IMG/VR virus record: IMGVR_UViG_3300032313_001582
Span: 1 to 64,000 of that record
Length of the DNA stretch: 64,000 bases
Source: a virus
Strand: one strand, 5' to 3'
The position numbers were made by a program, and so were the translations under genes. The stretch's first letter is position 1. Each line of letters starts with the position of its first letter. A model generated the notes under the pieces. The model worked only from the letters and a program-made list of their open reading frames with translations. It was not told where the DNA came from and made no database searches. Of the stretch, positions 37,423 through 47,168 are shown in pieces.

Positions 37423-39807
37423 ATGGATTTAACCAGATATATCAATAAACTGAACGGCAAAATAGAAATCGTATTAGGAAAAATATCAGATATTTCAAAT
37501 CAATATTTGGTGTTGTCATACCGATATTCAGAAAAAAAATCCGCTTCTGGAAAATACTATGATGTTTACGACATGACATCCTCAAACCGCTTTTTTTCAG
37601 ATTCCGATTTGAAAATTATGGGCAGTAGTGAAATCATCGAAACATTTAAAGGTATCTATCAAGGGGATTTAATAGGAAGCATAGTTCGATATGAGTACGA
37701 CAAGTATTTGTGTGTGGGAATATGGTTGAATACCTATGCTCAATTAAATATTCCCAGTCCAATTTTCTACAATGTAGAAAACATCATGAACGACATCCGC
37801 ATGATGTATTTTGGGAAGCAATCGGAAGATGAAATTATTGGTTCTATTCGAAAAAATTGGTATGATTCCAAATACCAAAATGACCTTAAAATACCATTGA
37901 TTGACATTTCAAAAAAATTTACTGATGACTTTGTAATAATTCAAGAGGCAAAAGACATCGATAAATTCAGAGATTTAATTATTGGTGCTAAGGAGGAAAA
38001 GAAGGCTGAAGCCCCAGTTGGTGATTTCAGCAATAATTTTACTTCAGTTAAATTTTCTCGTAATGCCAAAGAAGATTTTTCTCCGAAACCTTATAACTTG
38101 TTTCTATGGAAGAGAGAAGCCTATGTATACTATGATTATAAAAATAATTGTGAAACCATAAACGATTCGGATTACCATCTTGTAATGGTTAATGAAGGAG
38201 ATTATATGAAAGGTGCTTTAAAATTCTCACTTCCTTTAATCACAAAAAAAGAAGAATTGATTTACCAGAATTATGAGTTAGAAGCATCGGCAGAATATAA
38301 AACATTGTTTGCTGGATATTTTTTTAAGGCAGGTGATTTCATAAGAGAAGATTTAAAATTTAGTACAAATGAAAAATATGAGTATGGAACTATAATTGAG
38401 TTTAAAGCGAAATATGTAATAATTGGTAAATATTATGACGCGGAGAATGATAAATTAGTTTACATGAGCGTAAACATAAATTTGTTCGATAAGGATAAAG
38501 TCACTAATAATGCATTTCAAAAACTTATTAAAAAATGGTCTGAATCAGAAATTGATGATTTGGCTAAAAAGAAAAAAGTATTCATTAAAGAGCCTTTGAA
38601 ATCTTCATATAGTCCAAAAGAATATTTATCGGGTGACATTTCTTTAGCAAGTCCGTTTCAGCAACAAACCATGGCTAAATTGACCAGTGACTTGGATTTA
38701 ATCAGAGATAAAAATGTTGTTTTGTATGATGCTTTTATAAATGTCATAAATGCAATAAATAAAAAAATTGAGTCAAAAGTTGTCAAACCTAAACAATCAA
38801 AACAAACGGATTTGTATGGTATACGTCTACGAAGCAGTACTTCTTTTATGGAATATCAACAAAATATTTTAGACGAAGCCCTTAGTTTAGGAGAGATAGA
38901 TAACTTCATTTACAACAGAATTAGCAACTCTAAAGATGTGGGCAGGATAGAAACCAAATATTTTACAAATACTGATGATTTGATGAAATATTCTGCTAAA
39001 ATACTCAATGTATTTACTTCTCTTTTTGTAAAATATTATAAAGACCTACAAAGAGAAACTCGGATGCAATATTTGACAATAACTTTTGACAATTTACCAT
39101 TATTTAATCAAGAATTAAAATTCTCTTACAGACCTTCAACTAATAGTTTTGTTCTTCTTTTGGATGGTTATAATCAAATTTCTTTTAGTAGTTATTCTGA
39201 TTTTGAAAAAATAAATTTTTTGAACGAACGCAAAGAAGATTTTTTCCTAAATATTATTCGATTAAGATTAAACGTATCTTATATTCAAAGATTAAAGTTC
39301 GAATCAGTATTAGTCTTCAAAGAAACAGATGCATGGAAAAAATCATTACTAATGTTGAATCCATACTTCACGTTTGATAGTGAGTTATTGAAAACAATCA
39401 GTTGTTCAGCAATCAGATATGGGTTATCAGGGTTAGAATCTTATAAGTATTCACCATTTTATTGGATAAATGATTTGAAATATAAAAGCATTTGGGACAT
39501 GCCAGAAGATACACGAAATGCTATTGTTGAAAGAAATCAGTATTTTGATATATGGAGATTAAATGGGGGTGGTAATGAAAATGCATTCAAAGATTTTATC
39601 AAAAAATATGACCAAGTGAGTCTGGATGTTTATGAAGGAGCGCCATTACCAAAATTACAAGTAGAAACAACCCCAGTGGAAACAGAAACAGAAGATTTCT
39701 TACAAGAATTAGATTCCATGGACTTCTCAGATGAAAGTCTGTTTGTAGATGCTATCTTGGATGAAGTCGACAATTTGGATTTTGATGACCCAGACCTGTT
39801 TAATTAA
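37423..39807 (+). CDS. Large hypothetical protein with a duplicated acidic C-terminal motif
   Basis: 794-aa ORF ending DFLQELDSMDFSDESLF-VDAILDEVDNLDFDDPDLFN. Confidence 0.8.
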   Translation: MDLTRYINKLNGKIEIVLGKISDISNQYLVLSYRYSEKKSASGKYYDVYDMTSSNRFFSDSDLKIMGSSEIIETFKGIYQGDLIGSIVRYEYDKYLCVGIWLNTYAQLNIPSPIFYNVENIMNDIRMMYFGKQSEDEIIGSIRKNWYDSKYQNDLKIPLIDISKKFTDDFVIIQEAKDIDKFRDLIIGAKEEKKAEAPVGDFSNNFTSVKFSRNAKEDFSPKPYNLFLWKREAYVYYDYKNNCETINDSDYHLVMVNEGDYMKGALKFSLPLITKKEELIYQNYELEASAEYKTLFAGYFFKAGDFIREDLKFSTNEKYEYGTIIEFKAKYVIIGKYYDAENDKLVYMSVNINLFDKDKVTNNAFQKLIKKWSESEIDDLAKKKKVFIKEPLKSSYSPKEYLSGDISLASPFQQQTMAKLTSDLDLIRDKNVVLYDAFINVINAINKKIESKVVKPKQSKQTDLYGIRLRSSTSFMEYQQNILDEALSLGEIDNFIYNRISNSKDVGRIETKYFTNTDDLMKYSAKILNVFTSLFVKYYKDLQRETRMQYLTITFDNLPLFNQELKFSYRPSTNSFVLLLDGYNQISFSSYSDFEKINFLNERKEDFFLNIIRLRLNVSYIQRLKFESVLVFKETDAWKKSLLMLNPYFTFDSELLKTISCSAIRYGLSGLESYKYSPFYWINDLKYKSIWDMPEDTRNAIVERNQYFDIWRLNGGGNENAFKDFIKKYDQVSLDVYEGAPLPKLQVETTPVETETEDFLQELDSMDFSDESLFVDAILDEVDNLDFDDPDLFN

Positions 39808-39846
39808 TTAAAAAAGAAATATATTAACTTCGCAAAAACTAACACA

Positions 39847-42800
39847 ATGACTACCAAAGAAAAATATGAATTGATTGATAAAACCAAAGTGAGTGCAAAG
39901 GTTTTGGAAATCCTTGAAAAGATGGAAAAAGCCAGTAGCAATTTTACTAACGCGGAAGTCAATTCGAGAGTAGACACTGCATTGGATAAAATTATAGAAG
40001 GCTTAAAGGTTAGTAAACCAGAGGCTTTGCTTTCAGTTTCTGATGCTAAAAAAGAAGTGAAAAAGGAAAAGAAAGAAGCGGAAGAGAAAAACAAGGGAAA
40101 AGACCTTTCTAAGAAAAAAGACACTGACGATAAAACTGGTTTGCCGAAAAAGGACACGGTAGAAGAGCGTAAGGACATCATTAAAAAAGAGTCTGAGAGC
40201 GAAAAGGAAGCCAGAGAAAGAGCCAAAAAAGAGTTAGAGAAAGAAAATGAAAAAGCCAAGGATGTAATTGAAAGTCAGATAGAAAAATTGAATCGAATCA
40301 TTCTGGAAGACCCAGCCTTGAGAGGTTTTAACACAGGAACGTCTGCAACAGGGGGTGGTAAAAGCACGCCTTTAATTGATGCCGAGCGTAAAGCAATTCC
40401 TCGTGGAAGAAGAGTGAGTCAAAAAGGACGTAAAAACCAGTATGGGGCTTCAGCAGGTGGTCGTGTGTATTGGGAAAACCGAGAGAATCGTTCAGATAGA
40501 AAAAGTCCAGATTATCCAACTGGTAAGCCTTACTTGGAAAAAGGAGGAAATGTGTACGCATCTGATGATTTATATGAGGTGAAAATGGTTCAAGATGGGA
40601 TAGAGTTAGATTCTAAACTTATTCGTGCCAGAAACAAGGGTGAAGCAAGGATGATTTTTGAAGACATGTATCAAGAAAAATATCAAGATGAATTTGGTGC
40701 ATTTGACTTAGAAATTGATATAGCGAAAGACAGAATGGCTGATGGTGGCGGTATTCCTTATAAACCTTATGGAAAAACTAAGGGTCGTTTTACTTTGAAG
40801 TATGAAGACGATGGCGTGCAACAAAGTGAAATCTGGTCGTCTTTAGAAGAAGCGACAAATAGTGCAAGAAGATATGTAAATCCGAAATTGGGATACACTA
40901 ATGTGCAAATTTATGATGAAAGTGGCAAAGAGTATTTTTTTGCTGATGGTGGCTCTATGCTTAAAAGTGGCTATGTTGCCTATCCGAGTGGAGATGAAGG
41001 CGATGAACTTGGTGTTTTCAACGACAAGGAAAGCATGATAAATTTTGCGTTTGCGAACAAGGATAAATATGGGAAATTGATTTTTGAAGGGATAGAAAAT
41101 GATGACATTCTTGAGGTTAAAAAGGGTGATAGCAAGGATGTTATTACTTGGGAGTTTTCACGCATAGGAATGGATAGAAAAGAGGCAAATAAAAAAATAA
41201 AAATGTGGTTCATTAGTAATTATCCTGCTGATGAAGAAGAGGCAAAGCAAATTGATGAAAGTGTTACTTTTGATGATATATGGTTTGATTTGAAAGACCA
41301 GAGAAATATTTATGATAGGTTAAGAAATCATTATGTAGTAAGAGAAGTGTTTGAAAAAATAGCATCAATTTACGGGGTAGAATATGATTTTGTTGAGAAA
41401 ATGTATAAAAGAGAAAGTTACGCCAAAGGTGGCTACATGGCTGATGGTGGTAAAACTGAGCAGTTGTACAGTTCTATAAAGAGAGATAGATTGAGGGCGT
41501 TGGAAGATGAAATTTCAACTTTGAATTTAATGTTGAAAAAATTAGAAAATGAAAACAATGAAGAATCATACCAAGAGTCCCAAAATTTAAGAGAGTATAA
41601 GACAATTTTAGAAGTGAAAAAATTGAATCTTGAAGATATTGGATATGATAAAGGTGGAATGATGGCTGATGGTGGTAAAGTGGATAAAAGAATTTTAGAA
41701 AAGGTATACGAATATTATGATATTTATAAAGATGGTACTAATCGAGAACATTATTACGACTTTGACAATATAGAAAAAGTAAAAGAACATATTGAGAAAA
41801 GAACTGGGATGGAAGTACTTAAAATTAAAGAAATAGAAATAGGTCGAAACTACCCAGACAACATGTCACACCCCTACTATCATGATGATTATGAATTTGA
41901 GTTAGTGAAAGGGCAACCTTTGAGAGTTGAAAGAATGTATGGTAGACCAAATTATAGTGGTAATGTTGCTTACACTAATACGATAGAAGTTAAAAACTTG
42001 TGGCAAATGGCTGATGGTGGGATGCTTGATGATGAAGGCAACTTAATTGATATTAAAATTGGGGATGAGGTAGTGGAATATAAAAAACGCACTCCTAATG
42101 CAACCGAGAAAACACCAATAGGTCCGAAAGGTCGTGTGATAAAAATAATGGACAATTTTGCTAAAGTATCTTTTCCAAATGATTACGAAGAAAATATTTT
42201 ATTAAGGGATTTAAAAAAAATGTCCAAAGGTGGCATGATGGCTGATGGTGGTTATATAGAAAGCGGTGAAAAACTTTATGAAATTGCCAACAACATGTCT
42301 GATAAAGAATTTCAAGAGGCTTATCGCAATTTATCTGAAAAAGAAAAAGATTTATATGACACACTATTGCGGTTAGGTGATGAGGACAAAATTGCTCTTG
42401 TAACTGTACTAAACGAATCAAAAAAACCGAAATATGATAAATCGACTTGGGATTTACATAGATATGCGAAAGGTGGTTTGGTCGAGGAAATAAAAATGTT
42501 TGATAAATACAATTATCCAATCCCAAAAACCAAAGGAGATAAAGTCAGAGCCATTTTTGAACACTTCAAGAAAAAAGGATATTCCACAGAAGAAATAAAC
42601 ACTGCACTTAGCGAAATTAATTACGCCAAAGGTGGTGAAATGGCTGATGGTGGTGAAACTGAATCCGAACCTTCGGGTATAAACGAATCTGTTTATTTTG
42701 AGGTTTATGATGGTAATCGGAATAATGGAATAATCAAATTCCACAAAAGTGGTTCAAGGATTTTTGAAACACTTTTAATTGGAAATGTAAAAGCAGGCAA

Positions 42801-43668
42801 CCGAAAATACATGTCGTATTTTACAAAAAATGATTTAAAATCATCTTTATATAGAGATTTTGATGTGGTAAATGAGGTAGATGAAGATTATGTGCAGGAC
42901 CGTTTAATATCATACGAAAAAAGTAAGCCTGCTGATATTCTCGTTGTCAAATATCCCTATCCCGAATTAGCGAAAACTGCCGATACCTTGACAATAATTA
43001 AAGGTGGAGAACAAGTTTTTGATTATGACTCAATTACAAAAGATTTCAGTCTGGTTTCAATAGGTTTAAGTTACCCTGACCAAATAGAACTGGATGATTT
43101 TTTAGAAGATTCTAAAGGTGTTTCTGAAAGCCAATATACACCTGAATTAATTAAAGTGATTGAAGTAATTAAAGAAAATGAAGACATCAACGAAATTGTT
43201 GATGGATTGAAAAGTAAAGGTCTTATCAAAAATTACATGATGGCTGAAGGCGGTGAAGTTGATTTCAGTGAGAGAATGGCAAAAATGCGGAGTGCCTATG
43301 AAAATTTGCAAATGTCCGTTAAAGGAAAAATTGCAAGTGCCATTGGGATAGATGAAGCAGTTGCAATTATGGACACAGACTATTCAATACACCCATTTAA
43401 TTTAATATTCGGTGCAGTTCGTGGGGGTTTATTAGAACTTGATGAAATCAATAAGGATTTGGTGAATGAAGCAGTTGATGAAGCAGAAAGAGTAACTGAC
43501 GATTATAGAGATTCTGGACAAGGTATTGGCGGTAGTGACATGACTTATTTTACCCAAAACGTGTTGAATAGCGCAGGTTACAAAACTGGATTCATCAATA
43601 ACACCTTAAAACGAGTTGATGCTGATGGTAATGAATTAGTAATTGATAAATACGAAATGAAATTCTGA
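39847..43668 (+). CDS. Polyprotein C (about 14 xxxGG linkers, many small modules)
   Basis: Repeated MADGG/YAKGG motifs; K/E-rich and Arg-rich N-terminal module. Confidence 0.85.
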   Translation: MTTKEKYELIDKTKVSAKVLEILEKMEKASSNFTNAEVNSRVDTALDKIIEGLKVSKPEALLSVSDAKKEVKKEKKEAEEKNKGKDLSKKKDTDDKTGLPKKDTVEERKDIIKKESESEKEARERAKKELEKENEKAKDVIESQIEKLNRIILEDPALRGFNTGTSATGGGKSTPLIDAERKAIPRGRRVSQKGRKNQYGASAGGRVYWENRENRSDRKSPDYPTGKPYLEKGGNVYASDDLYEVKMVQDGIELDSKLIRARNKGEARMIFEDMYQEKYQDEFGAFDLEIDIAKDRMADGGGIPYKPYGKTKGRFTLKYEDDGVQQSEIWSSLEEATNSARRYVNPKLGYTNVQIYDESGKEYFFADGGSMLKSGYVAYPSGDEGDELGVFNDKESMINFAFANKDKYGKLIFEGIENDDILEVKKGDSKDVITWEFSRIGMDRKEANKKIKMWFISNYPADEEEAKQIDESVTFDDIWFDLKDQRNIYDRLRNHYVVREVFEKIASIYGVEYDFVEKMYKRESYAKGGYMADGGKTEQLYSSIKRDRLRALEDEISTLNLMLKKLENENNEESYQESQNLREYKTILEVKKLNLEDIGYDKGGMMADGGKVDKRILEKVYEYYDIYKDGTNREHYYDFDNIEKVKEHIEKRTGMEVLKIKEIEIGRNYPDNMSHPYYHDDYEFELVKGQPLRVERMYGRPNYSGNVAYTNTIEVKNLWQMADGGMLDDEGNLIDIKIGDEVVEYKKRTPNATEKTPIGPKGRVIKIMDNFAKVSFPNDYEENILLRDLKKMSKGGMMADGGYIESGEKLYEIANNMSDKEFQEAYRNLSEKEKDLYDTLLRLGDEDKIALVTVLNESKKPKYDKSTWDLHRYAKGGLVEEIKMFDKYNYPIPKTKGDKVRAIFEHFKKKGYSTEEINTALSEINYAKGGEMADGGETESEPSGINESVYFEVYDGNRNNGIIKFHKSGSRIFETLLIGNVKAGNRKYMSYFTKNDLKSSLYRDFDVVNEVDEDYVQDRLISYEKSKPADILVVKYPYPELAKTADTLTIIKGGEQVFDYDSITKDFSLVSIGLSYPDQIELDDFLEDSKGVSESQYTPELIKVIEVIKENEDINEIVDGLKSKGLIKNYMMAEGGEVDFSERMAKMRSAYENLQMSVKGKIASAIGIDEAVAIMDTDYSIHPFNLIFGAVRGGLLELDEINKDLVNEAVDEAERVTDDYRDSGQGIGGSDMTYFTQNVLNSAGYKTGFINNTLKRVDADGNELVIDKYEMKF

Positions 43669-46571
43669 TGAACAAGAATATTAGATTTCTAAGCAAAGAC
43701 CAAGCGTATCGTTATATGCCAAATACATCTATTGAAAATGATGTGTTAGATAAAGTTCGTTACACCATTGATAATCTCAAGTTTGCTGGTAATTTTTATT
43801 CAAGTTCATGGCAAGGTGGTGGAGATGGATATTTGTACGATTTGGATACTTATGACGAATATTTGGTTGGTGGCAGAAAACTGAAAGAAGGAGAAAAAAT
43901 ATATCGGTATTTCACCAGAATGAGTGCCATCAGTGGTTCAACCCCATTTATTAAGATTAACATTGATAAGGGATTGTTGTATTTCTTAAAGCCAGATGAT
44001 GAAGGATTGGATTTAATTGAATTCGAAACCAAAGGAATCCCTGTTAGATATTTGAATTTGATTGAAAGTGACAATGAATATTTGGCAGAGAGTGGTATTA
44101 CTGATGATGAGGGTAATTTAATTGACATCAAAGTTGGGGATGAGGTTGTTCAATATAAAAAAAGGTACACTCATGAAGAAAAAGAAGCAGTAGGAGGTAA
44201 GGGTCGTGTAATTTTAATAAATGGTGCTATGGCAAAAGTGTCTTATGGCAATGATTATGAACAATGGCTGGGATTAAATGAACTGAAAAAAATGGCAGAG
44301 GGTGGTGAATTAAAAAGTTACCTCAGTTCTCGTTCTGACATGTTTGATGAGAACGCTAAAACTATTGATAAAAAAGACATTCTTGAGGTAATTAGTTTGA
44401 GCAAAAACTCGGATAAAAAATATTGGGTCAAAGACTTAAATACAAAATATTCCTATTACATCTACAAAGGAAATTTAAGAGCGAATGATGGAACTGGAGG
44501 GATATTTAGTACCACTATACTTAATCCAATGTGGTACTACCTCAAAGATGAACATAGATTTAAGGTACAAGAAGAAGCATTATACGATTGGGAAAAAGAA
44601 AAAGACCCAAGTATTGTTAAAGTTGGATGGGATGCCATAAAGGAAAAATTTGACAATATTTTTTACATGGAGGAAGATGGCGAAGATGAAATATTTGCCA
44701 ACGAAGTAAAATTGGAGGAATCAACATACAATTGGGACGGAAGACCAAGCCCATACAAAAAAAGAGTAAGTTTTTCGGATGCCAAATCTATGTTTCTGCA
44801 AAGTCTTACTGATGAAGAAAAAGCGATGATTGACCTTGAATACGATTATCAAGATGTTCATGAACTTTTTGGTTTAATGTCTGAAAAAAGATTCATCGTT
44901 AAGCGGAAAAAAGATGAATCAAAAGACTTTTTAGATGAATTGGAAAATATGAATTTCGAAGATAGCAGTTTGTATTTGAAAAATGGAGGCAAATTAGCAT
45001 GGCAAAGCGTAGAGGTTGGTGACAATGCTTTGGTAAAATCAGAAAATAAAATGGGTGTTGTTGTCGTGACCTATGGTCGCAGATTCCATTTGCGTTTTCC
45101 AGATGGTAGTGAAAAGACATATTCGGCTGAGGATTTAGAATTTTTACCAAGTGATTCTTACGCGAATGGTGGTAAGATAGACGATTTGGTAGGGCGTACT
45201 ATCACCATGTACGATATGGGCGTTCCTGAGCCAAAATATTATACTATTTCAAGAGTAGAGATGTCGCCTCCATATTTTTCTCGTAAAACGCTTCGTGTCT
45301 ACAACAAATACGGAAATTCCGAACTTGTAGATGTCATAGAAGATGAGCAAATTGACAAATTCTTAAATGGTGAACAAGTAGAACTCAGAACAAGTGGGGG
45401 AGATTATTATGCAATTAAATTAATGAAAGAAATGAAAAAAGGTGGAACTTTAGAAGGCGGTGTTAAAAAGAACATGATTTTCGATGAAAACGGGGAAAGA
45501 AGAACAGACCCAGAAGCGTTGGCTTACATTGAAAACACTGTTGAAATGTTGCCTCAAACCAAATTCGAGCATTCCAATGCCGAAGGCAAATACACGGCAA
45601 AAAGGAAAAAATTGCACGAAGAAATCATTTCTCATTTTAGGGAGGATAAACCTTGTGTGAACAAAAGACCAGCCGTAGCAATTTTGACTGGTGGAGCGCC
45701 AGCATCTGGTAAAACTACATTCATCAAGAAATATGTGGATTTAGACCCAGATAAAGTGTACCATGTGGATGCAGATGAAGTCCGTGCAATGCTTCCAGAA
45801 TACAAAGGATGGAATGCAACTCAGACCCATTTGGAAACTGCTGATATTGTTAATCGTTTGATTGACGAAATTGGTAATCCGTGTGAGCATGATTTGATTT
45901 ACGATGGCACTATGAACAAAGCAACGAAGTATGAAAAAATCGTTGACAAACTTCATAAACTTGGCTACAAAGTGTTCGTGGTTTACATCTCTATTCCAGA
46001 GCAGGTCAGCAAAGAGCGTGTGATTTCTCGTTACAAAAAAGCAGGTCGTTATGTACCCATGAAAGTAATCGAAGAGGTTTACGATAATGGTTTGACTGCT
46101 TTTGAAAAAGTCGCTCGTGAAATGGCTGATGGCTATGTTCGTATTGATGGCATGACTGGAGAAATCATCGAAAAAGGTGGTATGGAAATGCCTAAAAACA
46201 TTGAATACGCTGAAGGTGGAGAAGTAGAAAAATCATATTTGAAAAATGCCGATTCGTTGGTTCGTTCAGCAGAAAGGTATGCTCAAGCAACTTACGAAAA
46301 ACCAGTAAGTAAAGGAAAGGGTATGGCTCGTGCTTCCAAGCAGAATGGACAAATGAAATACACCGAAGTTATCGTATTTTTCCAAGATGGTGAGAAGATT
46401 ACTTTCGATGAAAGCGAGTTCCCTAAATTTTTTATGAAAGATGGCGGTGAACTTGGTCAAGATTATTACGATGGATTCCAAATGCAGGTGATAACCAAAA
46501 AAGGCAATCCAGATAAAGAAGTACAAAAACAAGACACAACATTCAAATACCGTAAAGGTGGAAAATTATAA
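43668..46571 (+). CDS. Polyprotein D including a zeta-toxin-like P-loop kinase module
   Basis: Seven to eight linkers; GGAPASGKT, VDADEVR, YDGTM, GRYVP. Confidence 0.85.
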   Translation: MNKNIRFLSKDQAYRYMPNTSIENDVLDKVRYTIDNLKFAGNFYSSSWQGGGDGYLYDLDTYDEYLVGGRKLKEGEKIYRYFTRMSAISGSTPFIKINIDKGLLYFLKPDDEGLDLIEFETKGIPVRYLNLIESDNEYLAESGITDDEGNLIDIKVGDEVVQYKKRYTHEEKEAVGGKGRVILINGAMAKVSYGNDYEQWLGLNELKKMAEGGELKSYLSSRSDMFDENAKTIDKKDILEVISLSKNSDKKYWVKDLNTKYSYYIYKGNLRANDGTGGIFSTTILNPMWYYLKDEHRFKVQEEALYDWEKEKDPSIVKVGWDAIKEKFDNIFYMEEDGEDEIFANEVKLEESTYNWDGRPSPYKKRVSFSDAKSMFLQSLTDEEKAMIDLEYDYQDVHELFGLMSEKRFIVKRKKDESKDFLDELENMNFEDSSLYLKNGGKLAWQSVEVGDNALVKSENKMGVVVVTYGRRFHLRFPDGSEKTYSAEDLEFLPSDSYANGGKIDDLVGRTITMYDMGVPEPKYYTISRVEMSPPYFSRKTLRVYNKYGNSELVDVIEDEQIDKFLNGEQVELRTSGGDYYAIKLMKEMKKGGTLEGGVKKNMIFDENGERRTDPEALAYIENTVEMLPQTKFEHSNAEGKYTAKRKKLHEEIISHFREDKPCVNKRPAVAILTGGAPASGKTTFIKKYVDLDPDKVYHVDADEVRAMLPEYKGWNATQTHLETADIVNRLIDEIGNPCEHDLIYDGTMNKATKYEKIVDKLHKLGYKVFVVYISIPEQVSKERVISRYKKAGRYVPMKVIEEVYDNGLTAFEKVAREMADGYVRIDGMTGEIIEKGGMEMPKNIEYAEGGEVEKSYLKNADSLVRSAERYAQATYEKPVSKGKGMARASKQNGQMKYTEVIVFFQDGEKITFDESEFPKFFMKDGGELGQDYYDGFQMQVITKKGNPDKEVQKQDTTFKYRKGGKL

Positions 46572-46574
46572 ATC

Positions 46575-47162
46575 ATGGAAAAAGATAAAGTTGAAATAAA
46601 GAACTTTCACAAAAACATCATGGGAACACTCTCATTCGATATGAAATTGTCCAAGATGAGAAAGCCACAGGAGTTCATAGTTTATCCTGTATCGTCTGCT
46701 GATGCCGATAAACCCATAACCATCCAGAGCGATACGAGAATTGGTGTTATTGATTTGGAAACAGGTAAAGGATTGATGAGTCAGTCGCACACTGGAGGTG
46801 CTTATTTTGTGCATTTGAGCGTTGACGAAAAGATTCGATTCAAATTGGATGATACCCAGTTAGAATTGTTCCGTGAAAAGATGCGTAGTACCTCTAAAAC
46901 TGGAGATAGTGTTATCAAAATTGATAATGAAGGTGCAAGCAAATTTAAAAAAGGTGGTAGCCTTGAAGATTATACCATCGATATGGTGAAAAGCGATTTA
47001 AAAGTGATGGAAGAATATGCATCAAAAATCGCATCTTTGTTGGACAAATTAGGCTATGTAGAACCTTGGATTGCAAGCAAGATTTACATCGCTGGTGAAA
47101 ATATAGAAAACATTAAACATTATCTTGAATACGAAGTTGAAGGCTTCCCTACAAAAAAATAA
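46575..47162 (+). CDS. Two-module protein with one FKKGG linker
   Basis: Beta-rich N-terminal module, FKKGG, helical C-terminal module (EPWIASKI). Confidence 0.75.
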   Translation: MEKDKVEIKNFHKNIMGTLSFDMKLSKMRKPQEFIVYPVSSADADKPITIQSDTRIGVIDLETGKGLMSQSHTGGAYFVHLSVDEKIRFKLDDTQLELFREKMRSTSKTGDSVIKIDNEGASKFKKGGSLEDYTIDMVKSDLKVMEEYASKIASLLDKLGYVEPWIASKIYIAGENIENIKHYLEYEVEGFPTKK

Positions 47163-47168
47163 AATCTG

